Below are positions 18,806-28,285 of a DNA stretch of 34,284 bases, in pieces; the stretch's first letter is position 1, and each line of letters starts with the position of its first letter. Made by a program: the position numbers and the translations under genes. The notes under the pieces are model-generated. The model did no database searches and had not been told where the DNA came from. It saw only the letters and a list, made by a program, of their open reading frames with translations. The stretch is from Promethearchaeia archaeon (GTDB lineage Archaea; Asgardarchaeota; Lokiarchaeia; Sigyniarchaeales; SOKP01), in NCBI GenBank assembly GCA_029856045.1, contig JAHQWG010000024.1, forward strand, positions 1 through 34,284. Direction: 5' to 3'.

Positions 18806-18940
18806 AATATGAAATTTATAATAAATATCTCTTAAAAGTATTGATTTATATTATAAAAATTAAAATTTATTTTAAATTCCGAGTGATTATTGGGAAATAA
18901 GGATAGTATACTTGACAAATGAAATTATGATAGTTTTCTA

Positions 18941-19435
18941 TTATGTTTCATGATTCCTTAGAATAGATTCTATTTCTTCAACTATTTGTTTATCTTTAAT
19001 AACATTTTTAAATAAACAAATAAGGGTTTTAAGTCCTATTGCATAAGTTTGGGGGCAATATGATGCCCAAGAATTATAAATTTGCTGGATATCTTTAGTG
19101 ATTAGCTTTTTCTTCAAAATATCAGACAGTATTTTTGTTTCACCATAAAAATCTTTAATCTTTTTGGAACATTCTCTAGGTAAAAGATTAAATTTTGGAG
19201 TTAAATCTGTAAATTCTTTATCAGAATAAAAATTGCTAAAAATTTCTAAATTATCTAATATTGGTTGTAATTGACGTTCATTATTGGCAGAAGGTAATGC
19301 GGCAATATTATTATTCAATCGCATCATTTCTCTCATATGCTTATCTATATCAATACTGATTGATTCAGCAACACTCCTTTTTCTTGCCCGTTTTTTTAAA
19401 GCTTCTGCTATAAAATCTGCAAAAAATTTTTTCAT
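18941..19435 (-). CDS. Hypothetical all-helical protein
   Basis: 164-aa ATG ORF occupying its own space; no motif recognised. Confidence 0.6.
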   Translation of the reverse strand: MKKFFADFIAEALKKRARKRSVAESISIDIDKHMREMMRLNNNIAALPSANNERQLQPILDNLEIFSNFYSDKEFTDLTPKFNLLPRECSKKIKDFYGETKILSDILKKKLITKDIQQIYNSWASYCPQTYAIGLKTLICLFKNVIKDKQIVEEIESILRNHET

Positions 19436-19551
19436 AATATTATTTTAATTAGAAAAATTTTTAAAAGTTATTTTTTAAATTTCTTATTTGCTAATTACTA
19501 TAAAATTGATAATAGCATTTTTTAGAACGAATACAAATTTATTATAAGAGA

Positions 19552-20112
19552 TTGTGGAAGAATATGAAAAAAATTTCAAAAATTTTAATAACTGGTCCCC
19601 CTAGATGTGGTAAAACAACATTGGTCTCCCGAATTTCCACTGAACTTAAGAAATTGAACAATGAAATTTTCGGGTTCATTACTGAAGAGGTTAAGAAAGG
19701 TCAAAAGCGAATAGGATTTAGAGCAATTGATATTAATTTAAAAAATGAATGTTGGCTATCTCGTAAAACAAATAAAAAAACTCAATATATGGTGGGCAGC
19801 TACAATGTATTTATTGATGAGTTTGAACAATTTCTTGAAAAATGCTTTGAGAACTTTTCAATTGACAATTCTAATAATCTAATAATAATAGATGAGATAG
19901 GAAAAATGGAATTATTTTCGCACAAATTCGTTTCTTTGATTTCTGAAATGTTCAAATCAAAAAGTTCTATATTAGCAACAATAGGTCAAAAATTAAGGCA
20001 TCCAGTTAAAGATATGTTGCTCCAAATGAAAAATATTAAAATATATAATTTAACTCGAAATAATTTTGATGAAATTAAATCCAACCTTATTCAAATGCTT
20101 TTAGAACAATAA
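19552..20112 (+). CDS. Nucleoside-triphosphatase, THEP1/NTPase_1 family; ATG start probably at 19564
   Basis: ITGPPRCGKTT Walker A, GFITEEV...RIGF, VGSYNV, IIIDEIGKMELFS. Confidence 0.93.
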   Translation: MWKNMKKISKILITGPPRCGKTTLVSRISTELKKLNNEIFGFITEEVKKGQKRIGFRAIDINLKNECWLSRKTNKKTQYMVGSYNVFIDEFEQFLEKCFENFSIDNSNNLIIIDEIGKMELFSHKFVSLISEMFKSKSSILATIGQKLRHPVKDMLLQMKNIKIYNLTRNNFDEIKSNLIQMLLEQ

Positions 20113-20151
20113 AAAAATAGAGAAAAAAACAAGTTTTAAAAAAAAAGAATT

Positions 20152-20883
20152 TTAAGGCATAGAAATAGTGTTATTAGTTTCATCGAGATTGATAATACCT
20201 TTTACAGCTAGTTGTTTAATCGTCCGAACAGCCATGATTGGAGGTATATCAAGTTTTTTTTTCAAATCATCAAGCTTACAACTACCCTTTTGCATAATAG
20301 TTGTGATAATCTCAACTTCAGGAATCTCTTCATCTGAATATTCCATTAGAAATGACACAAAGAAATTATTGCTTTTTAGTTGGCTTAATTTATTATCTAA
20401 CTCTTCCAATTTTTCTTTTGAAAAAGTAGTTTTTAGTTCATTCTCCCTACGTTCATTGTCAAGTGTTATTTGATCTAACTCAGTTTTTTCAGATTCTTTT
20501 GTAGTAATTTTTTCATTTAAAGAATCTAGTTTTGAAATAAGATTTTCTAATTCAAACTGTGGTTTTTTCAACTCATCGGTTGCTGTTTCAAGATTTTTAT
20601 TTAAATCTGTGTTTTTTGTGGATAATTCTTCTCTTTTTGCTTTTTGTTCTAGGATTTTTTTATCTAATTCTTCAGATTTGATCTTTAATTCAGTTGTTTC
20701 AGAATTTTGTTGGTGTATTGTATCTTCTAATTTTTTAATTTCTTTTTGTTCAGATTGCATATTTTTCCAAGTCAAACTCAAATGCTGGATAATTTCTTCA
20801 TTATTTTTCTGTAAAGATTTCTTATATGTATCAAATGCACCTTCAAATTGTTCTATTAACGCCAAAATTTCTTTTGAGTTCAT
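20152..20883 (-). CDS. Long coiled-coil protein with C-terminal winged-helix domain
   Basis: About 170 aa of heptad-rich E/K/L sequence followed by EIITTIMQKGSCKLDDLKKKLDIPPIMAVRTIKQLAVKGIINLDETNNTIS. Confidence 0.75.
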   Translation of the reverse strand: MNSKEILALIEQFEGAFDTYKKSLQKNNEEIIQHLSLTWKNMQSEQKEIKKLEDTIHQQNSETTELKIKSEELDKKILEQKAKREELSTKNTDLNKNLETATDELKKPQFELENLISKLDSLNEKITTKESEKTELDQITLDNERRENELKTTFSKEKLEELDNKLSQLKSNNFFVSFLMEYSDEEIPEVEIITTIMQKGSCKLDDLKKKLDIPPIMAVRTIKQLAVKGIINLDETNNTISMP

Positions 20884-21659
20884 TAAAAACCAACCTCTTC
20901 TTTTAAGATAACTGTTCCAGCAGTCTCATCATATTTAATTGGTCCATTTAGCTCAACCATTTTTCTAAGAACTTTTATAATTTGTTCTTCTTTCATATCT
21001 ACAGCTGCGCTTATTTTTTTTATTTCTAGAGATGTACCTTTTTGTAGAGTTTTAATAACTTGCATTTGTGAAGAGTGGATATAATCTTTCTTTATTAATA
21101 ATTTCATAGCTTCCACTCTATTTCCAAAGGACTCAACAATTTTACTTTTTTTTTCAAAATCATTGCCAAGTTGAAGTTGAATTTCTATTAATTTAGCTTC
21201 AAAAACTTCCTTTAATTTTGTTAATTCCCGAATTTTAGTTTCCAAATCTTTTAAACGCTCACTTCGATTTTCAAATTCTTTTTTTGTTGTGTTTATTTTT
21301 TCTAAAGTCTCTGTCAGCTCATTTCGTATAGATTGAATTATATCCAATAATTTTTGACGTTCTATAGTTAATTCATTAATTTCCTCCTCTAAATTTGAAA
21401 TATTTCGATTATTTTGAGAAATTTTGTTTTTTAATGAATTGATATTATCTGTATTGGATTCTATTGTTTTTAAATTAGAATTTTTTTCTTCTTCAAATTT
21501 TTCAATTAATTCTAAGATCTTTTTAGTGTGTTCTATTAATTTAGGCATTGAATCTTTATTCAATCCGTTAATTCCTTCAATTATTGATGAAATTTTCTTT
21601 AAAGAAGTTTTTACTTCAGTTATATAACTCATAATATAACTCATATAATCTACTTGCAA
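20883..21659 (-). CDS. Long coiled-coil protein with C-terminal winged-helix domain (paralogue of the downstream gene); ATG start probably at 21644 or 21632
   Basis: Heptad-rich body then QVIKTLQKGTSLEIKKISAAVDMKEEQIIKVLRKMVELNGPIKYDETAGTVIL. The stop overlaps the next start (TAATG). Confidence 0.75.
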   Translation of the reverse strand: MQVDYMSYIMSYITEVKTSLKKISSIIEGINGLNKDSMPKLIEHTKKILELIEKFEEEKNSNLKTIESNTDNINSLKNKISQNNRNISNLEEEINELTIERQKLLDIIQSIRNELTETLEKINTTKKEFENRSERLKDLETKIRELTKLKEVFEAKLIEIQLQLGNDFEKKSKIVESFGNRVEAMKLLIKKDYIHSSQMQVIKTLQKGTSLEIKKISAAVDMKEEQIIKVLRKMVELNGPIKYDETAGTVILKEEVGF

Positions 21660-21764
21660 TATTTAATTCTTTCTAAAAGATTTAAAACTATATAAAATCG
21701 CAATTTGATAAAAATTAAAAAAAAAATAGAAATAAGGTTTATTTTATGTTTTCTTATTGAACTC

Positions 21765-23891
21765 CTAGAATATTATTAATCCTGCTCCAGCATTGAACAT
21801 CATGAGTAAGCCCAGAAAAATTGATGCTGTTAGAGACATTACTACCAATAAAGTATTAATTGAAGGGCCCGCTGTGTCTTTAAATGGGTCACCAACAGTA
21901 TCTCCGGTAATTGACGCCTTATGAACATCTGTTCCTTTACCACCCAAATTCCCATCTTCAATCCACTTTTTAGCATTATCCCAAGCACCTCCAGCATTAG
22001 ACATCATAATTGCAAAGACAAATCCACTTAGAATAGCCCCCGCTAAGAAAGCCCCAAGTGCCGCAACACCAAACAAAATTCCGACAGTTAATGGTATTGC
22101 AATTGAAATAATACTTGGAAAAACAAGTTCTTTCAATGAACCTTTTGTTGCAATATCAATGCATTTATTAAAATCTGCGGCTTCTTCTCCTTTTAAAATC
22201 TTTGGATTAGATTCAAATTGCCTTCTAATTTCATCAACCATTTTAGCAGCATTTCTCTGAACAGCAAGAATCAATAGAGCAGAGAATAATGCTGGAACAA
22301 CAACTCCAATAAAAGCGCCTATTAATACATTTATTTTAAGTAAGTCCATTGCTTGGATAGTTCCTGCTTGTATATTATTTGCTTCTGTTGTAAATGAAAA
22401 CATTAATGCAAGTACTGTTAAATTTGCGGCTCCAATTGCAAACCCTTTAGTAATTGCTTTGGCTGTATTTCCAGCAGAATCCAAACGATCTGCTGTACGT
22501 ATTACCTCATCACCTAAATCTCCTTGTTCTGCTATAGCACGTGCATTATCTACAATAGGGCCATAAGCATCGTTAGATACAATTGTTCCTACAATAGCAA
22601 GCATTCCGACTGCAGCCATTGCTACTCCAAAAACTCCACCTAATAAAAAAGCAACAGCCATTGCAACAATTACTCCTAAAGCAGCAGGTACTACACTCAT
22701 GAGCCCGTAGGAGAACCCACTAAGAATGACAACAGCATGACCTTCTTTAGCAGCTTCTGCAATTGATCTTGTTGGTTTTTTATCATCTCTTGTGAAATAA
22801 TCACTCGTAAAACCAATTATTATTCCAGAAAAGAGTCCAATTACAGCTGCACCCCAATTTCTCCACAACATAATTATTTCACTACTTGTTAATCCTATTG
22901 TCATAATTAAAGTAAATAATGCAGCCAATCCAGCAAAAATCAATGTTGATAAATAGGTACCACTGTTTAAAGCTTTACCAGGTTCATCGGATCCTTTTAA
23001 TTTTATTATATATATTCCTATTAGAGATGCAATTAAACCTACACCGCATAAAACCACCGGAAATACAACATAGATAAATCGAGATTCTGTTGTTAAAGTA
23101 ACATCAACAATCATAGCTAAAGATGCAGCTAACATCATTGCAGCAATAATTGAAGCAACATAGGAGTCAAAAAGGTCACTACCCATTCCTGCAATATCTC
23201 CAACATTGTCTCCCACATTATCAGCGATTGTAGCTGGATTTCGGGGATCATCTTCCGGAAGATCATATTCAGCTTTGCCTACTAAATCAGCGCCTACATC
23301 AGCCGTTTTTGTATAGATTCCTCCTCCACATTTCATAAATAATGCAACGCTACTTGCACCAAAACTAAATCCTAAGACAATGCTAGGATCAGGAATAATC
23401 ATATACCAAATAGACAAACCGATTAAAGCAACACCCACCACTGCAAGCCCCATAACTGCTCCACCAAAGAAGGCAATATTAAATCCTTCTTTAGTTCCCT
23501 TGGTACATCCTTGAGCTGCTCGAGTATTTGCTTTCACACCTACATACATTCCTAACCAGCCTGCGAACATTGAACCAACAGCTCCAGTTGTATAAGCAAT
23601 CACTTGTTCCCAATTTAACGCACCAGAAACAGCTCTTGTATATGTATCACTAGTTTCGAATGGAGAAGGCAAAAATAATAAGGCAATTGCAAGACAAGCC
23701 ACAAAAATACCTAATATTTTGTATTGAACTTTTAGATAAGTTGTTGCTCCGGACTCGATGTATCCTGCAACTTCTATCATTTTTTCATTGCCAGGATCCT
23801 CTTTTAATACCAAATATCTAAAATATAGTGCCATTGCTATAGAAATAATCCCTGCAATTAAAGCAACAAATATAGTTAATGGTACTGCCAT
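21765..23891 (-). CDS. hppA: Membrane-bound H+-translocating pyrophosphatase, K+-independent type
   Basis: GGGIYTKTADVGADLVGKAE, EDDPRNPATIADNVGDNVGD, DAYGPIVDNA, GNTAKAITKG, GGAWDNAKK, GDTVGDPFKDTAGP. Confidence 0.97.
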   Translation of the reverse strand: MAVPLTIFVALIAGIISIAMALYFRYLVLKEDPGNEKMIEVAGYIESGATTYLKVQYKILGIFVACLAIALLFLPSPFETSDTYTRAVSGALNWEQVIAYTTGAVGSMFAGWLGMYVGVKANTRAAQGCTKGTKEGFNIAFFGGAVMGLAVVGVALIGLSIWYMIIPDPSIVLGFSFGASSVALFMKCGGGIYTKTADVGADLVGKAEYDLPEDDPRNPATIADNVGDNVGDIAGMGSDLFDSYVASIIAAMMLAASLAMIVDVTLTTESRFIYVVFPVVLCGVGLIASLIGIYIIKLKGSDEPGKALNSGTYLSTLIFAGLAALFTLIMTIGLTSSEIIMLWRNWGAAVIGLFSGIIIGFTSDYFTRDDKKPTRSIAEAAKEGHAVVILSGFSYGLMSVVPAALGVIVAMAVAFLLGGVFGVAMAAVGMLAIVGTIVSNDAYGPIVDNARAIAEQGDLGDEVIRTADRLDSAGNTAKAITKGFAIGAANLTVLALMFSFTTEANNIQAGTIQAMDLLKINVLIGAFIGVVVPALFSALLILAVQRNAAKMVDEIRRQFESNPKILKGEEAADFNKCIDIATKGSLKELVFPSIISIAIPLTVGILFGVAALGAFLAGAILSGFVFAIMMSNAGGAWDNAKKWIEDGNLGGKGTDVHKASITGDTVGDPFKDTAGPSINTLLVVMSLTASIFLGLLMMFNAGAGLIIF

Positions 23892-24044
23892 ATTTTTTCA
23901 CGTTTCGATAATTTCTTAATTTTTTAATTAAATTTTATTTAAATTAATTCAGTTTAATAACAAATTAACTTTAAATCTTATTATTTAAAACAATTTAATT
24001 CGATTTCAGAACTCGTTATTTAAAATATTGTATTATCGTCAGAT

Positions 24045-24243
24045 TATTATTTCCTATAAATCGAAATGGATATTCTACTATTCGTAAATTAGAAGAGAGT
24101 ATTATAGTAATATTATGTTTTTTCTAAAATCGAAAAATGTATTATGTTATTCCAGAAATCGAAAGATCCTATAGTGGAATATCTAAATGTTACCCTTTTC
24201 TATTTTCTGAAAATTATATTACATCTTTCGATTTTTAGAAATA
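24045..24243. repeat. Intergenic array of degenerate ~30-bp units (core TTC-nnn-AAATCGAAA), direct and inverted; includes copy A (24178-24243) of a 66-bp repeat
   Basis: Units near 24051 (ttcctataaatcgaaa), 24122 (ttctaaaatcgaaa) and 24150 (ttccagaaatcgaaa), with an inverted unit at ~24226-24240 (tttcgatttttagaa). Confidence 0.7.
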
Positions 24244-24643
24244 TATATTCCCATTATAAAATGTTAAAATAAGAAAAGACTCAAGGAAATAATTAAGAAA
24301 CTTAGAATTATTCCAAAAATTTAAGATAATATAAAATATATTTTAAATAATACAAAATTGGAGTTTATTTGTTCCATAATAATTCAAGCAAGAGATTTTT
24401 TTTTTATCAGGACCATTAAAAGAAGCAATTTCTTCAAAAATAATTTTATTAAAAATCATGATCATATTTTCATTAAGGAAACGTATGATTATGCTTGTAT
24501 TATTGTTAATACAAATGGAAAGAACTTTAAGAGAGCAGTTTTTTTAAATTTTTACAAAATCCCAATTTTTTATTGAAAAAAAAAAGAAATAATTTTTAAA
24601 TTTCATCTTAATTTTTAGTAGAGAAGTATAAAAACTATTTATT

Positions 24644-25009
24644 TCAATCAATGCCCATTCTTTTTGTAATCTTCACTATTAAGAAAATTACAAGAGCTAC
24701 GATAAGAAATGTTATCAAAGTCCCAATGAAATGCCCAATTCTAAAAGGTCCAACAACAAGAGATTCCCATTCGACGCCAGGCAAGAAAACAGAGACTATC
24801 GGCATAATTAAATCGTCAACAAGTGCTTGAATTACTAAACCAATATATATCCCCATAATAAAGGCAACTGCAAGTCCAAGAACCTTATATTTTGTAAGAA
24901 AAGCCTTGAATTCTTCCAACAAATTTTTCGGTGGGGGTGGAGGGGGTGGGGGGGTGAGTAACTCTCTAATTTGTTTCAATTCATCTAACATTTTATCTTC
25001 TTTAGACAT
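24644..25009 (-). CDS. mscL: Large-conductance mechanosensitive channel (MscL family) with an N-terminal helix plus Pro8 extension
   Basis: LLEEFKAFL...VLGLAVAFIMG...LVDDLIMPIV...IGHFIGTLITFLIVALVIFLIVK is the MscL S1-TM1-TM2 core. Confidence 0.9.
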   Translation of the reverse strand: MSKEDKMLDELKQIRELLTPPPPPPPPKNLLEEFKAFLTKYKVLGLAVAFIMGIYIGLVIQALVDDLIMPIVSVFLPGVEWESLVVGPFRIGHFIGTLITFLIVALVIFLIVKITKRMGID

Positions 25010-25249
25010 TTAACTCACGTTTTAATAATTATTCTACTTATTTATTTTAAAATTTGTAATTTAATTGTAAAATTCATGTTTTTTTCCCAATATTTATATC
25101 TTATTGTAAAAATTTTAAAGCAATTTAAAAAATGTAATAAACGTAATTTTATGGAAGAAATCAATTTTGTTAATTTAAGAATAATTAAAACGCATCAAAA
25201 ATAAATTCTCAAAAAAGTAAACTGAATAAATTTTTATTTTTTGGTAATG

Positions 25250-25684
25250 TTAATTTCTTCTATTTTTTATTTTTATATTCATCAATATACCTGTTCCGCT
25301 AATAAAAAAAGTGCAGCTTAAATAAACTCCTAAAAATAACATTATTTGAGACATATACCAATGAGTAAAAGATAAATTTTGAAATGCAAAAGAAAATAAA
25401 AAATAATCGATAAAATTTGCAATAACTTCACAAAACCCAATTTCAATTAAAATAATGCCTTTCTGTCTTTGGGTCAAAATATCATAGATCATCAAATTAA
25501 CTCCTAGAATATATAAACTTATAATAATAAGTGTGAAAAGACAAAGCGGGGCAATAAAGGATTCAGGTCCAAAAATATTTGGTGGTTGGATTTGAGTAAA
25601 CATGAATAGATATAATAAAAACCAGCCAAAAGTTAGCAACAATCCAATTATTATTATATATATTCCCTTTTTCTTATTTTCCAT
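25250..25684 (-). CDS. Hypothetical four-TM membrane protein
   Basis: Four hydrophobic segments with a weak internal duplication (KKKGIYIIIIG / RQKGIILIEIG). Confidence 0.65.
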   Translation of the reverse strand: MENKKKGIYIIIIGLLLTFGWFLLYLFMFTQIQPPNIFGPESFIAPLCLFTLIIISLYILGVNLMIYDILTQRQKGIILIEIGFCEVIANFIDYFLFSFAFQNLSFTHWYMSQIMLFLGVYLSCTFFISGTGILMNIKIKNRRN

Positions 25685-25910
25685 CTGTTTTTTCCATTTC
25701 CTTGTGTTTTTTGTTGTATTTAAAGTCTCCCTATTAAATTAAAGACATTTACATGGGAAAAAAGTATCATAGTATGTAAATTTTTATAGATAGACATGAT
25801 ATTTTCGAATAACATTATATTTTAATATGACTCTTTTCAAGTTTTCGAACTTTATGTTATGTCCTACTATTTATCGAAATAGATAATATTGTGACAGTAT
25901 TTCCTAATGA

Positions 25911-25976
25911 AATATCCAAATATTACCCTTTTCTATTTTCCGAAAATTATATTATATCATTCGATTTATAGAAATA
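25911..25976. repeat. Copy B of the 66-bp intergenic repeat (same orientation as 24178-24243)
   Basis: Manual ungapped alignment gives 60/66 identical bases. Confidence 0.88.
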
Positions 25977-26144
25977 GATCATCTTGGCGTATTACATTTT
26001 GATTGAATTTTAGTGTAATATGTAAATGTATATAAAAGTTCGTGAAACAGCTCTTTCACGAAGAAACATATACTTCTACAGAACATCCTGGTATTATTTG
26101 AATCAAGATCTATATTTGATATATCGGATTCACTATTTTTCTTA

Positions 26145-26804
26145 TTAAATAATATTATAAGATGTTATCCAAAAATAAGTTAATAATTTTACATTAAGAT
26201 TTTTTATATTATCTCCAAGAATTGGAGCAAATTCATTTTTTTTAGGGAAATTTTTTACAATTTCATATTTTCTTCCATCTTCTAAAGTCCTTATTTGATA
26301 TGTATTCCCTTCATTATCTATTCTTGATATAGGAGTACTACTATTTTTGGTATATAGGTTATCAATAAAAACCACTAAGGCATCTGATTGAAGTTTAGAG
26401 TGAAAAATATTAAGAAATGTTTTTAACTTAGATTTCAAAATATGCGACCACCAGAAACCACTAAAACCAGCGGAAAATTTCCCCTTAATTTTATTTATAG
26501 AGAGCGAATCATCCTGAATAAAGGTAACATTATTTGAAGTATATTTTTTATTTCTTGCGATTTGAAGAACTTCTTGGTTAATATCAGTTGCAGTAACTAA
26601 ATTTGCAACAGAAGCAATAGTTTCAGTCCAGTAGCCAGTTCCACATGCAATTTCAAGAACATTGTGTCCTTTAAATAATTTTTTAAGAATAGAATGAATT
26701 GAAGCAATATCTTTTTGTCGTTCAGGTCGTTGATAAGTTTTCTCATATTCAATTGCTCGATCTGCATAATATTGGATGAGTTTCTTATCTCGATTTTTTT
26801 TCAT
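26145..26804 (-). CDS. Class I SAM-dependent methyltransferase
   Basis: VLEIACGTGYWT motif I, acidic TDIN, GFWWSHI. Confidence 0.92.
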   Translation of the reverse strand: MKKNRDKKLIQYYADRAIEYEKTYQRPERQKDIASIHSILKKLFKGHNVLEIACGTGYWTETIASVANLVTATDINQEVLQIARNKKYTSNNVTFIQDDSLSINKIKGKFSAGFSGFWWSHILKSKLKTFLNIFHSKLQSDALVVFIDNLYTKNSSTPISRIDNEGNTYQIRTLEDGRKYEIVKNFPKKNEFAPILGDNIKNLNVKLLTYFWITSYNII

Positions 26805-26831
26805 GAATCTTTCCTTAAATGATTTAATTTA

Positions 26832-28256
26832 TTACAAATATTTAGAGACAATTTTATTCAATTCATTTGCAAGAGATTCGTTAATTGGTTTTATGGGGGT
26901 TTTATTTGATAATTTATCAGCTTCTTCATGCGCTCTTTTTCTTGCGGATTTTGAACCCAATTTTTTCCATGAATCGCGTGTCTTTCTATCAATTATTGAA
27001 CTTGGAAAAAATAATTCTTTTCTAAAAAGTTTTAAAGTAGATGGGTGAGATAAAAATTCTTCTTTCTCTCCATAATCTTTTAGAATTTCTAAAGCAAATG
27101 GAGACCCATAATCCTCAATACCTTGAAGGAATCTTTTAACCATTCCAATAATTTCATTATCAATTAAAAGTTTTTCAATACTTTGTGTAGATTCAAAATC
27201 AAGCATTCCGGGACCTGAAATCATATTAATTCCAGCTAATCCGGCTAGAAGTGCCCCCATTCCTGCTTCAAAACCAGCTTGAGCATCTGGAACTTTTGCA
27301 TCACTTAGACTCATATAAGCGTGTGTTGGCATTTTTAAAAATTTGCCCATTTCTGTGTCAGCAATGTTTATCATCATTGTCTCTATAGCTCCCATCGGTG
27401 TTGTGCCATGTTTCATATCCATTACTGCTGGTGATCCACCCCATATTAATGGTGCTCCACGTTTTGTTAATTGAGCAATTACAACCCCAACAAGGGTTTC
27501 GGCACAATGTTGAGTAATTGATCCCAACAATGTAATTGGAGCACTTGCACCAGCCAATGGCATTGAAACAAACTCAGATGGAACCATACTTTTAGCAGCA
27601 TCAATAACTGATTGAGTAGTAAGATCTGACCACTTTAAAGGTGGGCTGGGGCAAGCGTCAAAGATTGCGAATGGTTTTCTCGCTAGATCATCTTCAGATA
27701 ATCGGCAAGCTAAAAGAATTTCCCGCATAATTGAAAAACTTTCTTTACGAAATGTTCCGGTTACTACAGGTTTATAACAATTAGAAAGAGCAATAAAAAG
27801 TCGATGCCAATCTTGCGCTTCTTTAGGCACATCTTGATAGATTAACGCAGTGCTTTGAGCTTCAATATATTTTAATTGTTCAACGATTTTTGAAAATTTA
27901 ATGAAATCATTCGAAATAGCTTCTCTAATTTCGCCTGTATTCTCATCCAAGATGAAAATTGCAGCGGATCCAGGATCAAAATGAACTTGGTCATCTTTCA
28001 ATGAAATATGTTCCTTACCCTCTCGGTCAAATAAGGTTATTTCATTTGGAACCGATTCTAAACATTTATCAACTAAGTCACGTGGGATGTAGAAGCGTTG
28101 TTCCTTATAGTTAAGCCCTTGTTGCGAAAATAAATCTATAGCTTCTTGATTTTCTATGAAAACTCCTTGAGTTTCTAAAATATCTTTTGCTTCCTCAAAA
28201 ATTAATTTCTTGTGCTCATTATCTAATAACTGAACTTTTGGTTTAATAATTGGCAT
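26832..28256 (-). CDS. Trimethylamine methyltransferase (MttB) superfamily protein, non-pyrrolysine (MtgB-like)
   Basis: SPPLKW, MPLAGASAPITLLG, DMKHGTTPMGAIE, LSDAKVPDAQAGFE (Leu at the Pyl-equivalent site), IDNEI; no internal stop codon. Confidence 0.92.
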   Translation of the reverse strand: MPIIKPKVQLLDNEHKKLIFEEAKDILETQGVFIENQEAIDLFSQQGLNYKEQRFYIPRDLVDKCLESVPNEITLFDREGKEHISLKDDQVHFDPGSAAIFILDENTGEIREAISNDFIKFSKIVEQLKYIEAQSTALIYQDVPKEAQDWHRLFIALSNCYKPVVTGTFRKESFSIMREILLACRLSEDDLARKPFAIFDACPSPPLKWSDLTTQSVIDAAKSMVPSEFVSMPLAGASAPITLLGSITQHCAETLVGVVIAQLTKRGAPLIWGGSPAVMDMKHGTTPMGAIETMMINIADTEMGKFLKMPTHAYMSLSDAKVPDAQAGFEAGMGALLAGLAGINMISGPGMLDFESTQSIEKLLIDNEIIGMVKRFLQGIEDYGSPFALEILKDYGEKEEFLSHPSTLKLFRKELFFPSSIIDRKTRDSWKKLGSKSARKRAHEEADKLSNKTPIKPINESLANELNKIVSKYL

Positions 28257-28285
28257 ACTAAATTTTTTTCGATTAAATCATATAT

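Noticed and set aside
20152-21659. SMC/Rad50 or ESCRT-III assignment for the coiled-coil pair
   Set aside because: No Walker motifs, hinge or Zn-hook, and no recognisable Snf7 helical pattern
24045-24243. Possible CRISPR array
   Set aside because: Units are degenerate, adjacent without unique spacers, and occur in both orientations; no cas genes nearby
24358-24576. 72-aa plus-strand ORF between hppA and mscL
   Set aside because: TTG start, AT-driven F/I/K/N composition and no motif; cannot be supported as a gene
24929-24955. G-rich tract with G-quadruplex potential on the + strand
   Set aside because: Fully explained by eight Pro codons on the minus strand
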